From positions 387,115 to 451,114 of the forward strand of contig JAAOMT010000566.1 in the NCBI GenBank assembly GCA_016748015.1: DNA of 64,000 bases, read 5' to 3'. Below the pieces are notes generated by a model. That model made no database searches and had not been told where the DNA came from. It saw nothing but the letters and a program-made list of their open reading frames with translations. Shown piece by piece: positions 40,241 through 52,775 of this stretch. The position numbers were made by a program, and so were the translations under genes. Position 1 is the first letter of the stretch; the number at the start of each line of letters is the position of its first letter. The stretch comes from Geosiphon pyriformis uo1 (lineage: Eukaryota > Fungi > Glomeromycota).

Positions 40241-41988
40241 ATAGTTAATATAATGATAGTAATAAATTTAATCAAAAAATATCACTAGAACTGAATTTTA
40301 ATCATTCTTTTATAGAAAAGTAAAATTTGTTATCTTGAATTACAATCAACAATAATTTTTAAAACTCCAAAAATGTCATTTTTATTCTAAAATATTGACT
40401 TAATTAATTAATGAGTTTTGCAAAAATAATTCTTGTATGATATGATAATTTTTTTGTTAATTGTTTTTCTATCTATTTTATTTTTGAAAATAAAGTTTAA
40501 TTATAGCTTAACAAAAAACTTTAAATTAGATCAAAATTAAATACTTATTAAAATTTTAAAATTCTTTTTATATTGTTTTTATCTTATTTTAAACAATAGT
40601 TTTCAAGTTTTTTTTTGAATAAAGGGTTTTATAAACTTTATCATCAAAATAAAACCATCATGTTTTGCAAATAAAATTTTATTAAAAATATATTATACTT
40701 ACCTTTCAATATTTAATATTATTTTTTGATTCTAAGTTTTTAATATATTGAATAAGTCATTTTTTAAATAAAAAATATTTCTTTTATTAAAATACTTTTA
40801 TTTATTGAAATATTTTCTTGCCCCTTCAAAGTTTTATTTACTTACTGAAAAAAATTTCATCTTATTCAAGACAAGTTTTTCATTTGTTATTGACAAGACA
40901 CAATAAATAGAATATATCGGTTTAATAAATTCTTAAACTTATTTCGGCAGACTTGAAATTTGATTATCGTGCAGTTATTTTACCATTGTTGAGATCGACG
41001 TCTAAGTACGTGCATGTGGTGATTATGCATTCCAAAAAAAAAGGCAAGATGCAACATCAAATGTGACTTTGAATTTGTGGCAATATTTACTAAATTTGTA
41101 AATTCAATTGAGCATTACCAATATAACTAACTTCATTCCATCAAGGAAACAAATATTAAAAGCATGTCTTTATATTAGAATTAATTTTTTTTTCCATTGT
41201 TTACGATAATATAACCCCAAAGTTACACAAAATTCTTCAAGTTAATTTTGTAAATTATATTATATTTGTACATTTTTATCAAGAAATTAAAAGAAATAGG
41301 GATATTTGAAATGAAAAATATGAAATCATTATGATACTGAATATCTATTTTATTATTTATTATTAAAAAATATAGAAATTATTAATAGGAAAAAATAGGA
41401 ATTGAATTACTTTATTGAGTGTAATCCAACCATTATTTACTTACATACAACATGTGCATAGTATATAATGGATGTGTCTCATGCACTTTTTAAACGTGAT
41501 TAGCCTTCCGAAGGTTTTATCTGTAAACAAATTTTGAGTTCAAGTAATGCTAGTTTATAATATTTTTATAGTAATGGTAAAACTACAACACTTAAATCAA
41601 ATATAGATTTATTACAAAACAAAAATAAATTTAAACTAAAATCAACTTAATTTTTAGCACAAAATTTCGTTTTTTTATCCGATTCTAAAGTTAAATTAAT
41701 ACTGATAAATTTTTTTAATAAAAATTTATAATACTTTATCCTCATTTTTATTTTAAGACAAAAAATTTGTCAAATCAAACTCAGATAAAAATATATTCCA
41801 AAAATTTTTCTTTTATTGAAAATTTGTATGCTTTAAACTATTGATATAATAAAAGTAAAATCAAATTTATCCCTTTCAATATCTTCAATATCACTGTAAC
41901 TATATTTTCTAAGCTAATTTTACAAATCTCTACATGACTTATTACACTAATAATAAAATCTTTAGCAGATAACTACCTAATCACGAAT

Positions 41989-42435
41989 CTACCACCATTG
42001 GCGCCACCACAGAGGGACACAAACAGCATAGGAACAACTGTAACAGTTACTGGGAACAATAAGACATTGTTCACGATATCTTGACCAACAAAACCATTGT
42101 TGCCACCAGCTACAGCGACTAATGTAAGGGCACCAGCGGCAATACCGCTGCAGGCCTTTAGCAGATGGTTTATTTTCTTCCTCCTTTGGTTTTTCGGGAA
42201 TCTGATGAAGTGGCGTCACATCATTATCCTTATTTTCAACGTAGTTAGGAAATCCTCCACTTCCTCCATCTCCTCCCGCAGAAATGGGATTATAAAGACC
42301 TGGATTGGCTTGTAAGGGATTGCCTTGGAATCCTTGTGGCTCTGGTTGAGCTTTCACCTCAGTCAAGGTATTAATAGCGATTAAGGCAAAGAGCAAAATA
42401 GTGATAAGAAAAAGATTAAAAGTTTTCTTGAACAT
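41989..42435 (-). CDS. Secreted protein: signal + acidic/Pro-Gly pro-region + Trp-rich Opy2-like 8-Cys module
   Basis: Intronless 148 aa. C-terminal Cx2Cx5Cx7Cx7Cx6Cx2Cx4C with 9 Trp. Paralogue of 44759-45202. Confidence 0.9.
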   Translation of the reverse strand: MFKKTFNLFLITILLFALIAINTLTEVKAQPEPQGFQGNPLQANPGLYNPISAGGDGGSGGFPNYVENKDNDVTPLHQIPEKPKEEENKPSAKGLQRYCRWCPYISRCSWWQQWFCWSRYREQCLIVPSNCYSCSYAVCVPLWWRQWW

Positions 42436-42514
42436 TTTGAAAAGTAAATCTTCAGAAATAACAAATGAAAAATATTTATTTGAGTTCTAAGGATGAATTT
42501 AAAAATTATTCGAC

Positions 42515-42532
42515 TGAGGTGGTCTTTATATA
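42515..42532 (-). promoter_or_regulatory. Conserved TATA core TATATAAAGACCACCTCA
   Basis: Matches TATATAAGACCCCCTCA upstream of the paralogue. Confidence 0.6.
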
Positions 42533-44645
42533 AGAACCAAAAGATCATTTTATTTTTAACTAAAATTTATCATCTGAGCTTTTCTCTAAAAGGGAGTTTC
42601 ATAGAATGCACAACAATGAAAAAAGTCTTTCATTAATCGAATTTCGAAATAAATATAAACAAAAAACTTGGGTTTTTTGATATAAAATAATATAGCTGGA
42701 AATCTTAAAAGTTTATTAATTTTAACTAATCATGCATATGCAAAGCTAAAATGATTGCGCATTTATCAAAAATAGTTTCCTTTATAGAAGGAAATTTTGA
42801 TACTAGATCCATATTTATTTCTCTCAATGAAAATTAGAAATTTCATTGTCCCATTTAGTAATTAAGGTGGGAAAATTTCTAAATTAGAAGATTATTTAAG
42901 GTTTGCAAATCAACCTTTATTTGTAATAAAATATCTTTTATAATTTGTCAAATTTAAATATTTTAATATAATTGGTGAAAAATTGGATTATTCAGAATAG
43001 GAATAGTTCAAGATATTTTTAAATAGCGGCTAAGGGTATAGAAAATAAAAATATTAAATAGGTTACAACCAATTTATAAATAAAAACTTTTATCCAATAA
43101 AATTGTCTATGTGATTCATAATGCTGAGAATAGGAGAGGGTTCGTTTAATTGGCATCTTTGTCGATTCTTTTTTCTTCAATTTATTCTTATACTCTAACA
43201 ATAATTTTCAAACCAATACCGAGAAAAAAAGTGATTCTTATTGGTTTATAAATATTGCTTCATGACAAATTATATTTAAAAATTCATATTTTTAAAAAGC
43301 TATCTATTTAACTAGTGTTTAAAAGATTCTAAAATCAGATTTGAACCATAATCAAGACTTTAGATTTTAGTCAAAAAACTGTTTCTCTGTTTAATGTTTT
43401 CTTAAAGATATATTGAGTCATTAATTTAATTATGCTAGCTTCTAAAATGTTAACATAATTTTGGAAACTTGGGATTTATTGATATAATTTTTTTTACCCT
43501 TTACAATTAGAAAATTTTGAAACTAAATCATAAATTGAGGACGCGAGCTCAATAGTTAGCTATTTTCAAATTATTTTTAGATTTAACAGATATAAAATTC
43601 AGAAATGTTTCTTCAGCTATAGAATATGAAATGCAATAGATTCTAGAATGTTCACTCGGGCTCGAAGTTTTCTTACTTTGTTTTTTTTGTGAAAAGTTAA
43701 AATCGGCATCAAAAGTTCGTAATTGACAGAATTAATTTAGAAATTTTCATAGTAAACTGTTGAACCATACAGAAATTTTCAGAAAAACAAGTTAGATTAA
43801 TTTTAATTTGACTATAAAATAACAATTAATCACTGAAAAGGTTTGTTCGAATGATTCGATAGTCTGTGCAAAAAAACCGGAAATACCCTTTATTGAAGAA
43901 TAGATAAGATAAAAAATATTGCAGATATATTGTGAGAAGAAAATAATCCAAATTTCATGTGAGTATGAAAATTGCCAAATTTAGAAAAGCATACACTCAA
44001 GACGATTATGATTGGAAGTACATTGATTGTATCAAGAGGATATAAACTTTAGTGTAACTCTCAATTTTACACGAAATTTATGTTTTATTCTGTGAATTAA
44101 AATTACTGCCTCTCGCTTGATAAAGATAATTTTTTTGGAGATTAGCCCATCATTGTGAAATTATGATAGAGATCTACAATTGATGAGATAAATATAGAAA
44201 GACATTTTTAAATGACTAATTCGTAAAATTTTCAGACTATTTAATGCAGCTTTTCAAAAAATGACTATAAGAATTTTGGTTGAGGGCTTTCAATCAAAAT
44301 TCCCTTTATTAACTGAGAACGTATATCAATTTTATTTTTAGGAGTTCTTAAGCTCTCATGGGAAAATTCTAAAAATTTTAGCACAATACACCTCTATTAA
44401 TTTTAGAAGTGCTAAACTAATTTTATCTTTGGACTCCTACTGGGAAGATGGGGGGTTCACTTAAAAGCTTGAAAACCTATTCTTAATTTGTTAATTTTCA
44501 TAGTTTACAAAATTTAACGACAATGAAATTAACGTAAACTGGAGAACTCACTTAGATGGAGTCTTTGTTAGATGCAGCTTATCTTTTAGTCAATTTTAAT
44601 ATTCATAAAAACAAAATCTCCATCTTTCTTAATGATAAAATTTGC

Positions 44646-44662
44646 TATATAAGACCCCCTCA
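44646..44662 (+). promoter_or_regulatory. Conserved TATA core TATATAAGACCCCCTCA
   Basis: Shared with the divergently transcribed paralogue. Confidence 0.6.
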
Positions 44663-44758
44663 ACCCATCAAATTTCAAATCATCCTTGAAAACAGAAGCA
44701 TAAACAGAAACAAAGTAAAAAAACCCTTAAATTACTAGTTTTAAAGATTCTTTCAAAA

Positions 44759-45202
44759 ATGACCAATAAAACTTTTAATTTATTTTTCGTGGCTATTTTC
44801 CTTTTGGCTTTAATTGCTGTCAACACCTTGACCGTGGTCACGGCCCAAGGTGGGTTTGATCCAGTTCCAGCCACTCCAGGAAATCCAGGAGGCTCAAGCA
44901 AAGATCCATCTGGCACTTCTTATCCTAGTTATGTTGCGAACACTAACAATGATCCTACACCATCGGAGGAGAATCCACCAGAAGATAATGGTCAAGCAGA
45001 TGGACACCCGAATGCAAACTTCAATGGAGTTGTGAGTGGGCCGCAAGGGTTTGGGTGGGGTTGCATTACTTGTGGTTGGACATCATCATACTGTAGTTGG
45101 TGGCAAAGATGGTTTTGCTGGACGCACTATCATAAGCAATGTATTGTTACACGTAAAACCTGTTATCTTTGTCCTAAAGCTATTTGTGTTCGCTGGTGGT
45201 AG
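44759..45202 (+). CDS. Secreted protein: signal + acidic/Pro-Gly pro-region + Trp-rich Opy2-like 8-Cys module
   Basis: Intronless 147 aa. Shares KTFNLF..LALIAxNTLT signal, YVxNxxNDxTP and CSWWQxWFCW with 41989-42435; ends in WW. Confidence 0.9.
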   Translation: MTNKTFNLFFVAIFLLALIAVNTLTVVTAQGGFDPVPATPGNPGGSSKDPSGTSYPSYVANTNNDPTPSEENPPEDNGQADGHPNANFNGVVSGPQGFGWGCITCGWTSSYCSWWQRWFCWTHYHKQCIVTRKTCYLCPKAICVRWW

Positions 45203-46242
45203 TAATTAAGCTTAACGTTTGGCAATTGAAGTTCAATATCAGCTAATTTTGTATTTTAAATGTAGCCAAAAATTTTAGCAAATTTATTTAAAAGTTTCCC
45301 TAGTTTTTTTAAAATTTAAAATTTATATCGAAAGCGTAATTGCTATATATTTATTTGTGAAATTTCAATAAATATTGGCTAAAAAAAACATATCATTTAA
45401 TTTCCGATCCGCCCTCTGCGAATTACACTTTTTAATTTAAAATGTTGGATAAGCGTTTTTGTGTGTAAATGGAAATAGTTATCACTCCCATTTCATATTT
45501 CATTGGCTGAAAATCATTTAATATGCTAAAAAAAGAATCTAGAATTTTCTTATCTGCAATCCTATAATCTTTAAAGTTCTGATGAAAACGGTCCTATTTT
45601 TAAAAATTTAGAAGGAGATGAATAAGACTTTTTGATTTATCACTGAAATTTTAGGATCTCTACCTCTTTATAGCAGGCTCAAAAGGATGCCAGATTGGGC
45701 AAAGGTGAGCTTTTTTGACTCAAAAGTTTTATATATTTTAAAAATGTTAAGATTCAAATAGCCCGATTCTAAATAAGTAGAAAAGTTTTTTCAAAAGGCA
45801 ATTCTCAGACAAGGTAGAAAGGTCGCAAAGACACTAAAAAACTAAAATTTGCATCGTAAAAATCTACGGAAATGAATGATTTGATTAAGGTTTCATTAAT
45901 TCTCATAAATAGAGATACAGGGGAGTAAACAGGATAAAATTTATGAATCAGGAATTCCTGATTTATTGATTAAAATAAAAGAATTCTCTAAATGGGAAAA
46001 GGAATATTAGTAAAACACCCAAGATATGACTTCGCTAAATATAGTCTCCTAAAGTTTATTCAATAATCTAAAGAGTTATTTTGATTCTTATCATATGTAA
46101 AAATTTATTTGAAGTGAAGTTTTATATCAAAAGAAACAATATCAGAAAGATTGTCGTTTTCTAAACACCTTGTTTAAGTCGTAATGAGTTATAAAGTAAC
46201 TTTCTGTCATTTTAAGAATTGCACTATTGTCTAAGCCCACTA

Positions 46243-48056
46243 TTAAAAACCTCCATTCCCAGCATCATTACTTATACTCTCAATACTAGGATTTTGGAGA
46301 TCATCATTTAGAACAATACTATCATTTCTTTGGGAAAGATGTCGCAATATTTCATTCACATGTGGGTCTTCTACTGCTGACTTATCAATTTTCGAGTAAA
46401 TTGGATTATCTTGGGGTTGCTCTTGAAACAAAGTCATTTGATCTGCCATATTTTCTTCGGCTGCTTCTAGAGTGAATGCTGGTTGATAAGGAATACCAGT
46501 AGACGCAATATCAGTGCTCATAGAACTTATATGATTGTATTTTGAAATATCTAAAGGATCGATTTCAACAAATGTAGAAATTGGAGGCGAGAAAGGTCGT
46601 ATGACCCTATAAAGTGGGTCATTTTCTGAATTCTGCTCAAATGGTTGACTCATTTCACTTTTGTCATAGGATGACTGAGGATTTGAGGTTTTTGGTTTAT
46701 TGCTTTCAAGGCTCTTTTCTCTCATCTCGGGGGGCTGCGATCGATGAGCTTGTATCTTGATGGACGATATCTCTCTATTATTAGACGGTACTGAAATTTG
46801 TGTTTCCACTTCAGACTCTTATAAAATTATTAAAAATTTTCAGCTAGGTAAAATTTATCAACGAACCTTTCGAACAAGTTATTGATCCACAGTTATTACA
46901 AGTGGGCTCTTTAATAGTACAGAACTCTCCTGAAGCACACGAATCTTTGGTGCAAGCAATACATTTCAAACATTTCTCTTGAATATTTGATTTAACTAAT
47001 GACTTTGTGTCGTTTTTCTTCATCTCAAGACTCTTTTCTTTTGATCATAGTATAAAAAAAATCTAAATTAATAAAAAGCAATATGAAAAATGAGATGCAG
47101 CAGAAAACTTAATCAATAATACCAATTGTTGAAATTACAGGGGGAAATTCACAAGTAACACTTCCACAGTCCATACATGTTGCCGGAATAACTTTGCAAA
47201 TTTGACCTTCTTTACATGTGTGATCTTTACATTGGGGTTGCAGCACTGAGCATTTTAAACACCCTGGTTGTAATGTGGGGAGGTTGAGCTTGGGAATTTC
47301 AGCACAATAGGCTTCACCGCAAGTATTACAATTTCTTGGTTTGTATATGCACTGCTGTCCTTCTAAGCAATCTGGACAAATTGGTTCTTTTGCCCTAGAG
47401 CAATCGCGGCAATTTTTGGCTGCAAAATAATTTGAAAAAGGGTTATAGCAAATCCCGTTTCATATGAAAATTGAGATCCACCAACCTTCTGGTTCTTCAA
47501 CTTTAATTTCATCTATCGGAATAAATTTGTTTAAAATTCGTGAAAGGTTAAAATGTAGCAATTAATTGATCAATAAATACCTTTTTTTAGACACAAGACA
47601 CCCCCGCAATCATTACATTTAACGTCCAATAACACACAAATCTCATCGTCGTCACAAACGCCCTTTTGACAAACGGGATCATTACACTTTTTGCACTTTG
47701 CAGGTCGATTCATGAAAGCATCACGCTTTTCACATTGCACCGTGTCACAGTTTTTACACGTTCTACCTTGACGTACACATTGTTCATCATTATTGCAAGC
47801 TGGACATTGCGGGGGTTTGGTGCAGATTGCACATTGTTCTGGAAGAGATTGTCAGATGAAAATTAAATAATTTTTTTCCCTTAATTTTTATTGATACATT
47901 TCTTGTTTTGAAAGCAAAATTCAAACAAAAGTCATTCCTTTTCTTGCAAATACCATTTGAAATTCCAGGTAGTCCTATGACTGACTTCACTAGAGAGAAT
48001 AAAGCTATGGAAATAATCCATAAAGCTACGACTCTATGGGAAATATGTATAGCCAT
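46243..48056 (-). CDS. Secreted protein with 5 Opy2-like Cys modules and an acidic low-complexity tail, ~476 aa; exons 48056-47954, 47838-47581, 47512-47486, 47419-47123, 47037-46867, 46817-46243
   Basis: Hand-spliced through GT..AG phase-1 introns: CAICTKPPQCPACNNDEQCVRQGRTCKNCDTVQCEKR, CKKCNDPVC.., CRDCSRAKEPIC.., CLKCSVLQPQC.., CLKCIACTKDSC... The last two acceptors are AAG and less certain. No transmembrane segment. Confidence 0.75.
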
Positions 48057-48807
48057 TGATATCGACCTTTTGAAAAAGCGATTTTCTGGCTGAAATTTTT
48101 AATGAAATAGTACAAGCTGTTTTTTGATGCGTTTATTATAAATTGCAGACCTTAATTGCAAAAAAGGTATTACTATAATAAGCTATATATTCAGAAATAA
48201 AAACAAGATTTCTTTTAGTGTTTTCCCGTTTTAAATATTGTTTTCTCTATCGAGGAGAATGTAAATTATGTATGCTAGATAAACAAAACCAGTTTATTAA
48301 ATTAGTATTCTGATTAACTAATTTTGACCGGTCATACTATAAAGATTGAGGTAAATAATTTGGTCAACACCGCAAATTGATATCGAAATTATGTTTTTGT
48401 TTGGGAAAATATGCGTTGAGGGATTCATGTCGGAAAAAAATTGGGGTACAAACATTCGATGAATGAATGATCACTCGAATCTCTACAATAGCTGACTTTC
48501 ATGATTTTGTATTTGATGTCAAAACCTGATCAGTAACTAAATGATGTATTTTCATACTTTATATGGAAACAATTTCGGATGTTTTTTTAAGATCAAATGA
48601 AAATTTTGTTTTTCCGAGATAAGAAAACTTTTTTTTTTGCTCTAGCAATGACAAGTTTTTTAATTACCCTCCCTATCACCTTTATAAAATAATTATTTCA
48701 ATATACATGTATATACCAGAAAGGGTGAAGATTTCTTTTCCGTTATAGCATTATCACCTGTGTATTCCTTGAGTAATTCATTCTAATTAATAACTATTCT
48801 CCCAAAT

Positions 48808-49409
48808 TTAACCATCCAATCGCATACTACTACATTTGCGTTTTCCAAAACACTTTTTTGATTTGGAAACTTTTGAATTTAGATGTTTCATCCCTCAATA
48901 ACATCAAGACATTGGGTTTAAAGTTTAGAATTATAAAAAAAGTTTAAAATCAACATTTTCAATTTTTAAAAGTATTGTAATTTCAAACACACTCACCATT
49001 CTTTTTCACATCTTCTGTGGGTTGGCAGAGAATATATCCACAAGCATTGCAAGTTTGTGGAACTATGACACACACTTTTCCTCCACTGCATCGATTTGCC
49101 GTACATTGAGGAGCTAATAAACAACTCACACAAATATTTCTTTCAACATTGTTATAAATGTCGTCAGATATATTCTTGGATCCGACTTTTCAAAGATTCA
49201 GAAGATTGACATTGCAAGCAAGTTTATGAAAAGGAAAGAGAGATTGGAGTCTGTTAAAATTGAAAGTTTTACCATTGATCAGAAGATTAAAAATTTGACA
49301 TACCTAAAGTATTTTGTACTTTGAGGACTTTGGCACGTGTTGTAAAAATTTCTGCTAGTAAGATTATGACTATTGAAACGATCAGTATGTTGTAATTTTT
49401 TTTTGCCAT
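48808..49409 (-). CDS. Small secreted protein with one Opy2-like module, ~118 aa; exons 49409-49304, 49185-48997, ~48869-48808 (missed by ORF track)
   Basis: MAKKNYNILIVSIVIILLAEIFTTRA signal; GTATGT and GTGAGT donors; exon 2 encodes CVSCLLAPQCTANRCSGGKVCVIVPQTCNACGYILC. Acceptors uncertain. Confidence 0.7.
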
Positions 49410-49703
49410 TTTCAAAACGAGATTCAAGTAAAAAGTTTGCATTGACAAAGAATAGAAAGTTTTAATTTTTTGATATCATTTTTTTTTTGCAATTTGTTTC
49501 GAATTTATATTCGAAAACTTTTTAATTGTAAAAATTAAATATTTCTATATCTGTTAATATCTTAACCTTTAATTGAGATAAATTTAAATCCATGATCCTT
49601 TTGTTTATAATTATATGAACTTTTTTTAGTCTTCAATTTTGAATAATTTGAAAATACATTTCTACTTACAAAAATATTTCGGTTAACTCCAAGATTGCAT
49701 AAT

Positions 49704-49934
49704 AAGACTGATAAACGTATTTATTTGTGATATTTTTAATTTTCGTTATACTCCGAAACACAGACTTTACTGATTACAAGAAGACTGATAAACGTATTTA
49801 TTTGTGATATTTTTAATTTTCGTTATACTCCGAAACACAGACTTTACTGATTAAAAGAAGACTGATAAACGTATTTATTTGTGATATTTTTAATTTTCGT
49901 TATACTCCGAAACACAGACTTTACTGATTACAAG
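49704..49934. repeat. Tandem repeat, 3 x 77 bp
   Basis: Units start at 49704, 49781 and 49858 (AAGACTGATAAACG...); nearly identical. Confidence 0.95.
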
Positions 49935-51964
49935 ATTAGTATTTTCTAGCTATATCAAAAACAGAATTTTCTGTTTATTAATCAGTGGAAAATTGAATTG
50001 TATGAAAGAAACAATAATGAGATAAACATAATAGATAATTAATCTTTTTGTGGAGTGGCAAAAACAAATTAAAGCATTTCTTAAAAGAAATTATTTTAAA
50101 TCTGAAAGAATGATGTTTAAGGAGTCTAATATTATATATAAATTTTGAATTAGTTTTATCTTTTAGGATTTTTCGAAAATTTATAAACAAAAATTTATTG
50201 AAATTGGTAATCTTTTTCACGGAAGTAAAAATCTTCCGGCTAAATTTCAGAGTAAATTTTTTAGAATTGATACAAACAAAATAGGATAATTTTTAATGAG
50301 AAACGACATTTGACCGTATTATGAATTTCTTGAATTATATTTTTTATCAAGTCTAAAACTTAATTCAAAAGATTTTTGGCTATAAATAAACATTGATAGT
50401 TATAAATAAATATTGTAAATAGATTTTTGTAGTCTGTCAGGTTTTTTTTTCACTAAAATTTTTAAACTATTAAAACTCTTTGATGATTCTTTAAGTGTTA
50501 CATAATTACAAAGTTTTTTTTAATAATATCCTTGTAATCCTTGTTTTTGATTGGTTTTAACGTTTTGAATTTATTCAAAATAAATTCAAAGAATGAAGAT
50601 TTTCCAGAAGAAAATATTCTTTAATCCTGTTATTATTCAATTTCTTGCCCAAAAAAAATTATCAAGAGAATAGCTGATATTACTAATTGGAATTTTTTGG
50701 GAATTTTACTTATTTACCTTTATATAATGTGAGAATATAGGTTTCAAGAGATGTAAAAACTGCTGACCACCGATCCTTTGAAAATGATTTTCGTGACTTA
50801 CATAACCGACATTTTGCAATCTCGATCACTAATAATAATTTATTTTTAAATGCCGCTAAAAACTTTTTATAAACCTTTGTTTCCCGATCTAGAATTTACC
50901 AATTTTGGATTAGACTATTACCCAGCCAATGGTCTATTATGCTTTATAAGTGAGTAATTAATTTCTATTTATCAAAGAAGCAATCTCCTTTCATCTTGAC
51001 ACATTTTAGAGGTATTTAATCTACAGGTTTATAGAATTTATGAAAAAAGAATTATCTTAAACATTAAGCATCTGAAAAAGCAGCATTTTAAACTATAAAT
51101 TGGGTGGACAATTATTCACTTAATTTTGCGTTTAAATTGAAATAGTTCATATACTGAAACCCTAAAAAATATTAAATTATTAATAGCTTAAAAATTCAGA
51201 TATTTCAAAGGTAGGACAAGTTTTTAAAAGGGTTTTCAGACAAAATGAGTTCAAAACAGTCCAGTTAAAATATTTAATAACTAAGATTCATGAAATGTTT
51301 AAAAATTTCTGAGATTTGAATTTTCATAATAATTGATTAAAAATGAAATTTCGTTAGAATGTCAAACAATCAGAAATTAAGGTCCTATTGAAATGAACAA
51401 GTTTCAAAATTTTGTGGTCATCTATTACAACTGTCTTTGTCACTTTGTCTTAAAATTTTTCAAACCCAATGATGTTGAGCTAACTATAGAAGAAAATGTT
51501 AAGATAAGCAAAAAACTATAAGAAAATAACAAGTTATGATTTTTTAAAAGAAATTTTTAACCGCACGTTTCTGGTAAAAGCTGTATTTTAATCAATCTCA
51601 AAAGCAGTTCTCGAAATAATAAATGAACTTGGCAAGATCTATCTTTATAATCATGGTGAAATACAACTAAACATGTTTATTGAAGAAGTTGCAATTCTAT
51701 AATATTTAATTATTATATGGTTGTAATTTTAATTTTTTATCATATTATATAATAATATTTTAAAGCAAAATGTCATTATGGAGAGAAAATGGGTAAGGTC
51801 ATAACATTTAATAGAAATATCTACTTTTTTAGTTAATTGGGATGAATGAAAGTTTTGTAGAGCCTTTTTTAATATTGAAATGTTTTTATGATAACTTATA
51901 AAACTACTGATCAGTCATTGAGAACACAAGACAAAGTTATTAAATGTTATTTATACACAGTAAC

Positions 51965-52775
51965 AAGGTGGCTCAGCATATAAGCCCATTGCAACAGATT
52001 ATGACAAATCACGCCATTTCATCATTTCTTATTTTCAAACTTTCTCAATGTACGCCTGTGCACATCGTACATTTAAATTGCTTAAAAAATAATTCAAAAC
52101 TGGATCTTTTAATTTAAAACTTTCTCTCTAATACCTAAACATGTGTGTTATGATCTTTGAACTTTAAAACCAAGTACAGAAGCAATAGGTGATATCTAAT
52201 GGTAAACTTAGATATTTTCAAAAATTCAATGAATTTACATTTTCCTGGGTCTATAAGATGCAAAATCCAAGTGGGCAGCGCCATCAATGCAACCTTTATG
52301 ACCCTGGAATTTGTACATCCTTTACTTGTTATTTTCACCTAAAGGTATTGGTAAAATAGGCTTTGGTGACATCAGATGAATTGTTCATTTGTGTAAGTAT
52401 ATGGAGGAATTCATTTAAAAAAGACAAACTCGCCATCTCTACTTCAAAAGTGTAAGAAACACAGGTCCCGGTTACTCGACAATGCAGTCTCGCACATGTG
52501 ACAAAGAATTATGCATCTGCAGAGTGAAATCCATAGAAAAACGATCAAGTTCTTCACTTTTGTAAATTTTTATCGTAAGGCGAGAAAAATTACGCAAAAC
52601 ATTGTGCGAAAAAGGTTTCCATCAACATCTGATCACCAAGGCTGAGGAGTTGGGATCACGAATTGTCATCCAAGACTTGTAGCTTTTGTGGTAACATAAA
52701 AAGAATTGGAAGATCCAAAGTGTACAACCGCCGAAATTACGGCGTTGTAATGGACAGAGATGAAAATGACACTAC
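51965..52775 (+). pseudogene. Fanzor/TnpB-like (IS607-related, Fanzor2-type) RNA-guided nuclease relic
   Basis: Across frameshifts: DPGICTSFTCY at 52300 (RuvC-I DPG), SPKGIGKIGFGDI, RIMHLQSEIHRKTIKFF, RKARKIT..VRK, HQHLITKAEELGSRIVIQ, SKTCSFCGNIKRIGRSKVYN, VMDRDEN at 52747-52767 (RuvC-III). The 5' boundary is approximate. Confidence 0.85.

Noticed and set aside
52135-52338. Minus-strand ORF and a GCIDG string resembling a Harbinger DDE motif
   Set aside because: The opposite strand is explained by the ordered Fanzor/TnpB motifs.
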